Part shown: positions 12,386-24,184 of the stretch, in pieces
Layout of the letters: every line of letters begins with the position of its first letter
Numbering within the stretch: the stretch's first letter is position 1
NCBI RefSeq assembly: GCF_963921235.1
Contig: NC_086097.1
Span: forward strand, 204,540,001 to 204,604,000
Direction: 5' to 3'
Source of the DNA: Mobula hypostoma
Taxonomy: Eukaryota
Length of the DNA stretch: 64,000 nt
Made by a program: the position numbers and the translations under genes
The notes under the pieces: model-generated
Seen by the model: only the letters and a program-made list of their open reading frames with translations
Databases searched by the model: none
What the model was told of the DNA's origin: nothing

Positions 12386-12736
12386 ATAATTTTAACAGAC
12401 GTTTCAATGACAAACTCTGCCAACTTCATTAGGGTTGATGCCTAGGCATGTCTAGTCTGGTGGTATATATATTGAAATAAAAATAGAGAATAAAAATTTC
12501 AAGATGAAGGTCTCACTCTAAATAAGAACTGAAATTCGATTATAAACAAAGTGGGACAGTGGAAACCTGACTGTTTGAGGACTAACCAATCGGGATGGAT
12601 GGAAAACAAGGGTATAAATACCACTGGACTAGACATAACTAGGCATCATCCCTGATGAAGGTGGCAGAGTTTGTCATCAAAAAGTCGGTTAAAATCGAGT
12701 CCTGGACCAGACTGGAAGCCCGAGAAGAGTTTATGT
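12386..12736 (+). mobile_element. Second PLE family (Penelope/Poseidon-like) 3' fragment with inverted tail
   Basis: Inverted repeats ~12389-12470 and ~12617-12697, each with a CTGATGA...GAAA-type motif. The spacer encodes a frameshifted IEIKIENKNF.DEGLTLNKN, like the PLE GIY-YIG C-terminal EI...NRD.G..L...W motif. Confidence 0.65.
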
Positions 12737-13554
12737 GTTAAAACAAATGGCTATTTAGGACCAGGATGAAGAAAGATTTCATCCCTCAGAGAGTGCTAAA
12801 ACCTTTCAATTCTCTTCTGATCAGGTCATTGAGTTCATTGAAAACTGAAAATGAAGGATTTCTGTATGGTGAATATGCTGGAAAATAGTACTAAGCTGGA
12901 ATTTCAGCCACAACTTGGGCCAGTTGATCTATTCCTGCTTTTATTTCTTATTCTTACATGTAATGAAAATCAAAAACATTCTGTCTGACACCGTAAATTT
13001 CCACATGGGTCAAGGACAGAGTGAGAGGACATATGAGTTCTTGCATGCTATAGTGGACATCTTGACCATTAAAATCCATATGTGGAAGGTTATCCAGTTG
13101 TTCCAACAAATCAATGAACTTCTTCTTTCCTACTTTTCTGGGGCTGCTGTGCTCAGTGTCAGATCAGCCTTCTGTTCTTCCTGTAGGCCAGCAGAAAGCC
13201 TTGGACCAAAAACTTCCTTTCTCCTGGTAACTGCTGTAAATTGTGTCAAAGCAACACAGCAATCTTACTGTAAACCTCAAATGAACTTGCTGAATAAGTT
13301 CTTTTTAAAGGCTTGAATATGTCCCAAACAGATTTCTGTTATTAAACATTTTCAAATCCATGGCATCAAGTAAAGAACTAAGGGTAATTTATTTTAAAAT
13401 ATGTCTTGGGATTCTCTCCAACTAATGGGTGTTCCGTCAAACCCAAACCCACAAAATACTGTGCAATCTCATTACTGAAGAGCAGCAGGCAATTTAAACA
13501 TCAATCAAGTGCTTAATGATCTTCCTGGAGGGCTTTTTCAGTGCAACAATATAT

Positions 13555-14065
13555 AAGAAGTCAAAGCAGGAATAGGCTTTTTAGCCCCTCATTCCTAATC
13601 TGCCATTCAGCAAGATTATGGCCAATCACTTACCACTTTCCTGCACCAGCTTCATATCCTTGATTCCCTTAATATCTACATCGATCTCTCTCAAATATAC
13701 CCTACAGCCCTTGGAGCGAAGAGATTTTTTTCTCATTCTAGTCTTCAATGGCTTAAGCCCTTCGTTTGAGATTATGATTCCTGATGCAAAATAACAAATC
13801 TAGGGAAAACATCATCTTTATATCTACAGGGCATTCATTATCTGCGACAAAAGCCTAGGTTTTTGGATTTATTACCTTGCAGTCCTGTTAATAACTTTTA
13901 ATAAAATAAATGATAATTCCTTTGCACTCATTCTCTCTAGATTTGCAATCACCACCGTTTCCTGCAAGGTTTCTGTGAAGATGGACACAAATTATTTGGT
14001 TAATTTCTCCCCTATTTCTTTTTTTTGACAATATAATTTCTCCTGTCTCAGTCTGTAAGATTATC
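13555..14065 (-). mobile_element. Old CR1 fragments
   Basis: agcaggaataggc...cattcagcaagattatggc is a reverse-complemented CR1 3' UTR; ORF 13888-14085 has LQTETGEII. Confidence 0.6.
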
Positions 14066-14158
14066 ATTGGTGAAGATTTTCCCATTTTGCAGTATGCATA
14101 AGCCTGAAGCCGCTGTGGTCTGTATTTCCATCTCTTCCAAGACTCCTTGCACCTTCTA

Positions 14159-14683
14159 TGTAGGAGCCACGTCTGTCTGTATTGTACTTTGTGTTGTGTG
14201 TTTTATTATGGGTTATGGTAATTTATCATGTGGGTTTGGGTGTGATAGAAGTAAATGAGTACATTCACGTAATCACGTTTTGTAGCACTAGGTTAGTTAG
14301 TTAGAGAGAGAAGCCAGGGAATGAATTTTTTTGCTGACTGCTTATATCATTAATGTCATTAATTTCACTATCGCTACACTAGTATCGCTAATATCACTAA
14401 TTGTGATCGCGTGTTGTTGCCGATTTCGTAATAAATGATTGAACACACTTTATGCAACATGGAACTCAGTTATTCGGAAGCATCAATTTTTCAATCAGTC
14501 TCTCAACAGCTTTGATATGTCTTCAAGTAGTCATTACATTTTTATCAACAAAAAATAGTTATATCAAACAAACGCTAGTTTGTGACAAAGAACTGCCTGT
14601 TGGCAAAATTGGAACCACAACTTGAAGTAGGATTATCTGCAATCTTTTCTTGATTCATGCTGTGTATTTGTGGTTTGAACACA
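14159..14683 (+). repeat. BEL 5' LTR
   Basis: Begins TGTAGGAGCC and ends ...gtggtttgaacaca; homologous to 27850-28402. Confidence 0.85.
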
Positions 14684-17009
14684 GTTATGAATGGTCAGCG
14701 CTGCCTGTCCACTGGGGACTGCTGCCCAATTATGTGGTGTTTGTTGCCCGAGGGTTTACGCTTTGTTTTGTTGAAGTGCTGAAATATTGTCCCAGTTGCT
14801 GACATTTGAATTGAATGCTGTTTGTTTGGTCTGGTTTAAGCGCTGTGGATGAGCAAACACTTTGTTTTTTGCCTATGTTTATTGAATAGAATAATACTGG
14901 TGTATTGCAATTTGCTGTAAGCAAACAAAGAGTTAATTGTGAATTGCACCATAAGGAGAATGTACGATGAGTGAATCGAAGCATAGAACTGACATCAGCG
15001 ACCCTGAACTCAGGGCTGGTAAAAGAGAAATTAAACTTAACGACAAAGCTTTGGTAAGTAGAACTGAAAGACTTCAAAATGAATTTAAAACGAATGTGAA
15101 CAAAATTAAACATTTAATGCGATCAATTGAGGATCTTATGAAATGCCTTACAAGTGCAATCTCATCTTGAGAATTTGACTAATCTCTGTGAAACTGTTGC
15201 TAACCAACAACAAATACTCCTCAAGGATGAAAAGGTAAAAGAAGAATGAATGTTTTTCAAGCATTAATAGCTATAGCAGTGTATTCAAAGAGAATGTAAA
15301 ACAATGGTTGACTCAAACATGTTACACTAAAGGTTATGTTGCTGCAACGGGTGAATATGTATCACACCTTCCTACAGACGATGTTTCTCAAATTCCAAGT
15401 CATGTTTTGCCTATGCCTATAGCAGACAACCCACAGGATGATATGAAACTGATCAACAGTGTGTCAAATGTCAACACTTGAAGATCTGCTGCAGGAAGAA
15501 AATCTTTTGTGTCGACTTCTTCCTCTGCACGCATTAAAACAGAGGCTGATTTAGCTGCATTACTGGCACATCAATGACTATTGAAGGACAAACATGTACT
15601 GGAAGAGCAAGAGAACGATTAGACAGGAGCAACTATGGAAAAGAAGGGACAGCTTAAGTTGGAGGAAGAATTTACTGCATGTCTGGTCAAAGTTAATGTG
15701 ATAAGGGTTTCAAATGTGGTGAGTGCTAAAATGCCCCAGCAGGACAGTCCAGTGGCATGAATTCCTGTATTGAAGAGGCACAAAGGAAAAACACTCAATA
15801 TCAGTGTTGATTCATTTGTTCCTGAAGTGTCTGTGAAACATGAACAAGACCCCAAGAGATAGTTCAGGTTGTTTACTCTTCACCTGCGTTAATGAGGCAT
15901 TCTGAAACAACGTCACATCCAACAGTTCAGAGTGCTCATGGGAACAGTCACTTACAGCATGGAGACACTCCTGTTTCATATGATAGAGATCAAAACAGTA
16001 TTATGGATATTATGAGGAAGCAAAATGAAATAACAACCTTATTGGCACAAAAGCACATTTAATCTTTGCCTAAAGGAGAGATTTAAATCTTTGATGGCGA
16101 TCCACTGCAGTATCATGCATCCATGAAGGCCCTTGAAAACAGTGTAAAAACAAGACTGACAGCCATAGTGACAGCCTTTATTTCCTTGAAATAGAACTTG
16201 TCAGAAGTTGTTGGCATGTCAACCTTAAGAAAGGATATGTACAGCTAAGGCTTTGTTACAGGAACATTTTGGTTATGAACAGAAAATTACATCTACCTAC
16301 ATGTAAAAGGCTGTTTCTTGGGTATCTATCAAATCTGAAGATGCGAAAGTTCTTCAAGACTACGGTCTTTTTCATAAAGGCTGTTCCAAAGCCATGGAAG
16401 AAGTGCAATACATACATAGCTGGTCATGCCTTCTAATATGTTAATTGTCGTAAAGAATTTGCCCTCTATGCTAAGGGATAAATGGAGAATGGTGGTCTGA
16501 GAATTGCAAGAAAAGCACAACCATAAGACTACTTTCAATGACACTGTTAATTTTAAGGAAACACAAGTAAAGATTACTACAGACCTGCTGTTTGGGAATA
16601 TATCGGCTGCTCCATCACGATCTATAAACAAAGGTATGAACAAAACTCTGTCACAACTTTGTTCTAAGGCTAAAGGAAGCATCTTTACCACCACTGTGTC
16701 CACTGTGAGAAGTAAACTGAACCTGAAACTAATGGAAAGGAAGTGGTCTCGTCAGGCAAAGGGTTATGTTCTGCAGGGGTGAACACACATTGGATTTGTT
16801 CCCTCAGCTGGAGAAAAGGGCTTAAAGTAAGAAGATTGCCTTCCTAAAGGAAACTGTTGTTTCCTTTGGCTGTTTGTGTACACAGCAAGGAATGCAGGAA
16901 GTGTCTTTCATGCAAGGTATGTAGTTTTAAGCATCCTGGCATACTTTATGTTAACTCTAACAAAAAGGATGCAGAATCAAAACAAGCCATGAAAGAATCA
17001 AACCAGCAA

Positions 17010-17100
17010 TTAGTCCTGAAGAAGGGTCTCAGCACGAAAGTTTGACTATTTACTCTTTATCATAGATGCTGCCTGACCTGCTGATCTCCTGTGTGTGTTA
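17010..17100 (+). mobile_element. Short PLE-tail insert with degenerate hammerhead, nested in BEL
   Basis: agtcctgaagaagggtctcagcacgaaag...atagatgctgcctgacctgctga. Confidence 0.75.
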
Positions 17101-18259
17101 CAGCACTGAGTAATGTCCTGGTATCAAATAGTTCCAGGTCAAGTGAAGTCTAAGAAGGGTAACAAGACAGTGGTTACTTATGTTTTCCTAGGGAATACAG
17201 CACTGTTCTGCACAGTGAGCCTAATGAACAAGCTCAGTCTCACTGGAAGAAGGCCACTGAAAGGAGGCAATGGTGATGGGAGATACTATGCACAGACACA
17301 GCTGACAATTAACAGGATCTCAGTTTTGAACCTGCATGAGCTTCAGCAGCAGTTTAAGGCAGACTTCCCTGAATGCGGTCAGGATGAACAACCTGGTTTG
17401 TCAAGAGAAGACCACAAGTTCACAGAGCTGGTTACAAATTCTACAAAACTGGTGGATGGCCAGTACCAGGTTTGTTTACCTTTGAGAAAGAAAGAGGTTA
17501 ATATGCCAAATAAAAGGAAGATTGCAGAACAGCATGCTCTAAATATAAGGAAGAGGTTTAAGAGGAATTTGTAATTTCACACTGACTACACAGCTTTTGT
17601 GAAGGATGTCAAGTCCGAAGGTTATGCCGAAAGAGTGCCAGCAGAGGACCTGGAATGAAATGATGGGAAAGTCTGGTATATTTTATATCATGGTGTTTAT
17701 CACCCCGGAAAAGGGATTCTTAAAAGAGCCAGTAGTGATTATGGCAGATATTGAATCAATGGTTCATCAGGTTAGAGTACCAGCTGAAGATGCAGCTCTG
17801 CTGAGGTTTCTCTGGTGGCATGATGGTGACCTTGGCCAAGATATGGTCGACTTCAGAATGTCGGTACATCTCCTTGGAGCAACTTCATCACTGAGCTGTG
17901 CCAACTTTATGCAGAAGATAATAAAGAACAGTTCAGCTGTGAGATGGTGGATAAAGCTTTGCATTGCTTCTATGTTGATGACTGTCTTGTGTCAGTGTCC
18001 TCTGAGGAGGAAGAGACATCTCTCTATCATGACCCTGTATCCATATGAGTTAACAGTAGCTTTCGACCCAAAAAGTGGATATGCAGCCGACATAGTGTGC
18101 TAGCTGTGATACCAGAAGAGGAAGAGTGAAAGACATGAAGGATTTTAATTTGGATCAAGATATTCCTTCAGTGGAGAGAGTACAGGGTGTGCAACGATGT
18201 CTTCAGTCTTATACTTTCAAGTTTAAGATCACAATCAAAGGTAGATCACTCACCAGAAG

Positions 18260-18415
18260 TAACACTCACAACACGCTGGAAGAACTCAGCAGGTTGGGCA
18301 GCATCCATGGAAACGCTGACTGATTGTTTCCACGGATGCTGCCCGACCTGCTGAGTTCCTCCAGCGTGTTGTGAGTGTTATTTTGACCCCAGCATCTGCA
18401 GAATATTTTGTGCTT
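18260..18415. mobile_element. 156-bp PLE-derived hairpin insert (no hammerhead core), 15-bp TSD, nested in BEL pol
   Basis: Exact TSD atcactcaccagaag at 18245-59 and 18416-30; arms taacactcacaacacgctgg...ccagcgtgttgtgagtgtta. Confidence 0.9.
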
Positions 18416-18607
18416 ATCACTCACCAGAAGAGGTGTCCTTTCCACAGTTAGTTCCCTCTGTGATCCTTTAGGAATCTTGAGTCTGGTGCTTCTAAGAAGA
18501 TCTTACAGATCTATGTAAGAAAGAGCTTGGCTGGGATGGCACTAAACCAAGATCTGTTGCTCATGAGAGGACAAGCTAGCTGGAAGAACTCTGCCAGTTG
18601 GAAGAGA

Positions 18608-18722
18608 CATAGAAAACCTACAGCACAATACAGGCCCTTCGGCCCACAAAGTTGTGCAGAACACGTCCCTATCTTAGAAATTACTAGGCTTACCCATAGC
18701 CCTCTACTTTTCTGAGCTCCAT
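18608..18722 (-). mobile_element. Short CR1 3'-end insert nested in BEL
   Basis: catagaaaacctacagcacaatacaggcccttcggcccac is a reverse-complemented CR1 3' terminus, similar to 44261. Confidence 0.75.
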
Positions 18723-20597
18723 AAGACTTCATGGTTGTTAGATGTTTGAAACCCCTGGATTTTGGAGAAGTTACTGCTGCACAGTTACACCACTTTACAG
18801 ATGCAAGCAGAGATGGCTATGGAGCAGTAACCTACTTGTTGTTGTACAACATGCACTCTCAGGTGCACAATACTTTTATAATGGGAAAATCTAGGATAGC
18901 TCCATTAAAGTCAGTGTCTATCCCTTGTATGGAGCTCACTGTTACTACAATGGCAAGCTGTATGGACATATTGTGGAAGAAGGAGTTGCACATGCAGTTT
19001 CATGACTCAGTGTTTTGGATTGATGGTACTTCTGTCCCGAAGTATATCAAGAATGAAACTTCTGGGTTCAAATCTTTGTTGCAAAGAGAAGTTCAGAAAT
19101 TCTTAATACCTCAGAGGCATCTCAATTGAGGTATGTAAACACTTCAAGCAACCCAGCAGATGTGGTCTCCAGAAGGTTGAATGTGGAATTCCTGAAGAAT
19201 AAGACATCGGTGTCAGGACCTCAGTATCTTCTTCAGCCTGAAATGGTATGGTCTGTGAATCCTGATCAATCTGAAGAACTCCTGCTCAATGATCCAGAAG
19301 TCAAGAGGAGTGTTACAAAGAATGCCATGCAGATTGAAGAGGAGGCGGATGTGGTAACATATATAATCCATCACTTCTCGTCTTGGACCCATTTGAGGAA
19401 GACAGTGGTCTAGAGTCTTAGACTGAAGAACCTACTCTTGTTTCTTAGTCTGACTTAGATGAAGATCAACAAGGATATTCTTTGGACAGAACTGAGAAAG
19501 CCAAAGGTCAGATCAGCCAAGGTTGTCTCTCAGTGGAGAAGCTCAGAAAGACTGAAACGGAAGTCATTGGGTTTTACCAAAGAAAGAGATTTCCAGATGA
19601 ATTCTCAAGTTTGCAAAGGAGAGAAAGTGTGAAAAGGAACAGCCGAACTTTCGAACTCAATCCAGTACTTGGAGGTGTCCTGAGAGTTGGTGGACAGCTT
19701 AGTAGGGCAGCCATGCCTTAGGAGTCTAAACATCCTGTTAGACTGGCAAAGGAACTTCATATCTCAGACCTCATTCTGAGGCATGTATATCAAGCGGTGG
19801 GATACGATGAACATAACCACATGTTGTTCAAGTTGTGCCAAAAATACTGGATTCCCAGTGCTAGTACAGATATAAGAATAATCCAGTCTAGGAGGGTAGT
19901 TTTTTGATGGTTGCACACAGCTCTACAATGCCAACATATGGCAGATCTACCGCTGGACAGGGTCTCTCCAGGTGAGCCTCCATTTACACGTGTAGGAGTG
20001 GAAAACTTTGGACCTTGACAAGGTATGGGCTCATATTTACCTGTCTAGCTGTACAAGCTATGCACATTGAAGGGCATCATCTTTGGACACAGATTCTTTC
20101 GTTAATGCACTTTCATAGCAAGACAAAGACAGGTTCGTGACCTGCGTTCTGATAATGCAACAAACTTTGCTTGAAGCTGAGCATAAGTTAAAAGAAGCCA
20201 ATGAGAAGTGGAACCATTCCCAGATTAGTGATGCACTTCTTCAGAAAGGAACTAAGCAGATTTTTAGTACCTCAGCTGGTTCACATCATGGGGGAACATG
20301 AGAGAGATTGACAGATCTGTGTGAAATTTCCGCCTTCCACAACGAAGCTACAGAAACTTGATGAAGAGGGTTTCCTTACAGTCATTTGCAAAGTCGAAGT
20401 TATTCAGAATCAGAAACAAAATCAGGTTTATTATCACCGGCATGTGACGTGCAATTTGTTAACTTCGCAGCAGCAGTTCAATGCAATACATAATATAGAA
20501 GGAATAAATAAATCAATCAATCAATCAATCTTATTCAGTATATTTTATACAGTATATGTATATTGAATAGATTAAAAATCGTACAAAAGTCAGAAAT

Positions 20598-22551
20598 AAG
20601 ACCATAAGACAAAGGAGCAGAAGTAGGCCATTCGGCCCATCGAGTCTGCTCCGCCATTTTATCATGAGCTGATCCATTTTATCCTATTTAGTCCCACTGC
20701 CCCGCCTTCTCACCATAACCTTTGATGCCCTGGCTACTCAGATACCTAACAATCTCTGCCTTAAATACACCCAATGACTTGGCCTCCACTGCTGCCCGTG
20801 GCAACAAATTCCATAGATTCACCACCCTCTGACTAAAAAAATTTCTTCGCATTTCTGTTCTGAAAGGGCGCCCTTCAATCCTGAAGTCATGCCCTCTCGT
20901 ACTAGACTCCCCCATCATGGGAAACAACTTTGCCACATCCACTCTGTCCATGCCTTTTAACATTCGAAATGTTTCTATGAGGTCTCCCCTCATTCTTCTG
21001 AATTCCAAGGAATACAGTCCAAGAGCGGACAAATGTTCCTCATATGTTAACCCTCTCATTCCTGGAATCATTCTAGTGAATCTTCTCTGTACCCTCTCCA
21101 ATGTCAGCACATCCTTTCTTAAATATGGAGACCAAAACTGCCCACAGTACTCCAAGTGAGGTCTCACCAGCGCCTTATAGAGCCTCAACATCACATCCCT
21201 GCTCCTATACTCTATTCCCCTAGAAATGAATGCCAACATTGCATTCGCCTTCTTCACTACCGACTCAACCTGGAGGTTAACTTTAAGGGAATCCTGTACG
21301 AGGACTCTCAAGTCCCGTTGCATCTCAGAACTTTGAATTCTTTCCCCATTTAAATAATAGTCTGCCCGTTTATTTTTTCTGCCAAAGTGCATAACCATAC
21401 ACTTTCCAACATTGTACTTCATTTGCCACTTCTCTGCCCATTCTTCCAATCTATCCAAGTCTCTCTGCAGACTCTTCGTTTCTTCAGCACTACCGGCCCC
21501 TCCACCTATCTTCGTATCATCAGCAAACTTAGCCACAAAGCCATCTATTCCATAATCCAAATTGTTGATGTACAATGTAAAAAGAAGCGGCCCCAACACT
21601 GATCCCTGTAGAACACCACTGGTAACCGGCAGCCAACCAGAATAGGATCCATTTATTCCCACTCTCTGTTTCCTGCCAATCAGCCAACACTCTATCCACG
21701 TATGTAACTTTCCTGTAATTCCATGGGCTCTTATCTTGTTAAGCAGCCTCATGTGTGGCACCTTGTCAAAGGCCTTCTGAAAATCCAAATATACAACATC
21801 CACTGCATCTCCCTTGTCTAGCCTACTGGTAATTTCCTCAAAAAATTGTAATAGGTTTGTCAGGCAGGATTTTCCTTTAAGGAATCCATGCTGAGTTCTG
21901 CCTATCTTGTCATATGCCTCCAGGTACTCTGTAACCTCATCCTTGACAATCGACTCCAACAACTTCCCAACCACCGACGTCAAGCTAACAGGTCTATAAT
22001 TTCCTTTTTGCTTCCTTGCCCCCTTCTTAAATAGTGGAGTGACATTTGCAATCTTCCAGTCCTCCGGAACCATGCCAGAATCTATCGACTTTTGAAAGAT
22101 CATCGCTAATGCCTCCGCAATCTCCACAGCTACTTCCTTCAGAACACGAGGGTGCATTCCATCTGGTCCAGGAGATTTATCGACCTTTAGCCTATTCAGC
22201 TTCCTGAGTACTTTCTCTGTCGTAATTGTGACTGCGCATACTTCTCTTCCCTGCCACCCTTGAGTGTCTGGTATCCTTCTGTCTTCCTCAGTGAAGACTG
22301 ATGCAAAATACTTGTTCAGTTCCTCTGCCATCTCCTCATCTCCCATTATAATTTCTCCAGTATCATTTTCTATCGGTCCTATATCTACGCTCACCTGTCT
22401 TTTACTCTTTATATACTTGAAAAAGCTTTTAGTATCCTCTTCGATATTATTTGCTAGTTTCCTTTCATAGTTAATCTTTTCTCTCTTAATGACCTTCTTG
22501 GTTTCCTTTTGTAAGGTTTTAAAGACTTCCCAATCCTCTGTCTTCCCACTA
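20598..22551 (-). mobile_element. Young 5'-truncated CR1, nested in Rex1
   Basis: Tail (cataagac)n at 20598; uninterrupted RT ORF; very similar to the 4330-7243 copy. Confidence 0.95.
20688..22551 (-). CDS. CR1 ORF2 RT domain, open frame but 5'-truncated (lacks APE)
   Basis: 634-aa ORF track entry whose first ~13 aa derive from the flank; YRPVSLTS, DFQKAFDKV, QGSVLGP, FADD. Confidence 0.8.
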
Positions 22552-24184
22552 CCATATATTTTAAAAAAGTGAGCTAGTGTCCAAGGGTTCAATGTCCATC
22601 TAGGAATCGAATGGCAGAGGGGAAGAAGCTGTTCCTGAATTGCTGAGTGTGTGCCTTCAGGCTTCTGTATCTCCTACCTGATGGTAACAGTGAGAAAAGG
22701 GCATGCCCTGGGTGCTGGAGGTCCTTAATAATGGATGCTGCCTTTCTGAGACACAGCTCCTTGAAGATGTTCTGAGTATTTTGTAAGCTAGTACGCAAGA
22801 TGGAGCTGACTAAATTTACAATACTCTGCAGCTTCTTTCAGTCCTGTGCAGTAGCTCCCACTCCCCGATACCAGACAGTGATGCAGCCTGTCAGAATGCT
22901 CTCCATGGTACATAGATAGAGGTTTTTAAGTGTATTTGTTGACATACCAAATCTCTTCAATCTCCTAATAAAGTATAGTTGCTGTCTTGCCTTCTTTATA
23001 ACTGCATCAATACGTTGGGACCAAGTTAGATCCTCAGCGATCTTGACACCCAGGAACTTGAAACTGCTCACTCTCTCCTCTTCCGATCTCTCTATGACGA
23101 TTAGTATGTTTTCCTTCGTCTTACCCTTCTGGAAGTCCACAATGAGCTCTTTTGAGTTTGAGTTTTGACGTTGAGTCCCAGGTTGTTGCTGCGACACCAC
23201 TCCACTTGTTGTCATATCTCACTCCTGTACGCCCTCTCGTAACCACCTGAGATTCTATCAACAATGGTTGTATCATCAGCAAATTTATACATTGTATGAG
23301 CTATGTCTAGCCACACAGTATTGGGTATATAGAGAGCAGAGCAATGGGCTAAGCACACACCCTTGAGGTTCACCAGTGTCAGCGAGGAGGAGATGTTATC
23401 ACCAACCCGCACAGATTGTTGTCTTCTGGTTAGGAGATCGAGGATCCAATTGCAGAGGAAGGTACAGAGGCCCAAGTTCTGCAACTTCTCCATCAGGATT
23501 GTGGGAATGATGGTATTAAATGCTGAGCTATAGTCAATGAACAGCATCCTGACGTAGGTGTCATTAGGTGCCAATATCAATGGTCATTCAATTATTAAGT
23601 CATTCTCTGATCCCAATGACTTGAAAGCACTAACACTCAACTATCTGGTGCTTCTTAATCCTCACCATCCTTAACACCAGGAGAACTCCAAAAGGAAGAC
23701 ATTTATGCTCATCGTAGATGGAAATAGGTCCAATACAGGTCAAACTTGTTTTGGAAACAATGGGTCAAGGAGCATTTTCCTCAGTTACAGGAACGTCAGA
23801 AGAGGTCAGGTATAAAACACAATTTCCTCCCAAGAGACATTGTGCTTAGAGTTGACGACAGAGTGCATTGCAACTCATGGATCGTGGGAAGAGTCATTTG
23901 AGTATTTCCAGACAGAGGAGGATTTGTGCGGCAGGTGCGCATCAAGACCAAAACCAGCTGTCTGGATAGGCCAATTATCAAGGTCATCTTCTATAGGAGG
24001 CAGACTTTTGAGAATCTACAGCTCCAGAAGTTTCACTTACTTTGGTTGTTTAACTTTAACTTCATTTACTGACTTGAGTGAGAGTGGTGGTAAAGATCAC
24101 TCTGTACTAGCTAAGTGCTGGCAACCTTTAGCCTAGGTGATGGTTACATGAGTTGACTTGAAGAAGAAAGAAGAAAACGATGTT

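Larger units (their letters stand above)
20404..23570 (-). mobile_element. Rex1/Babar-clade LINE 3' part, inserted in the BEL integrase
   Basis: [40 protein letters not shown]..., HPGHALFSLLPSGRRYRS. The tail cagaatcagaa is at 20405. The BEL frame CKVEVI (20400) resumes as NINGH...DPNDLKALT (23572). Confidence 0.88.

Noticed and set aside
12915..13316. 133-aa ORF (and a minus-strand frame) in non-repeat DNA
   Set aside because: Non-ATG start, no recognisable motif, no clear splice signals
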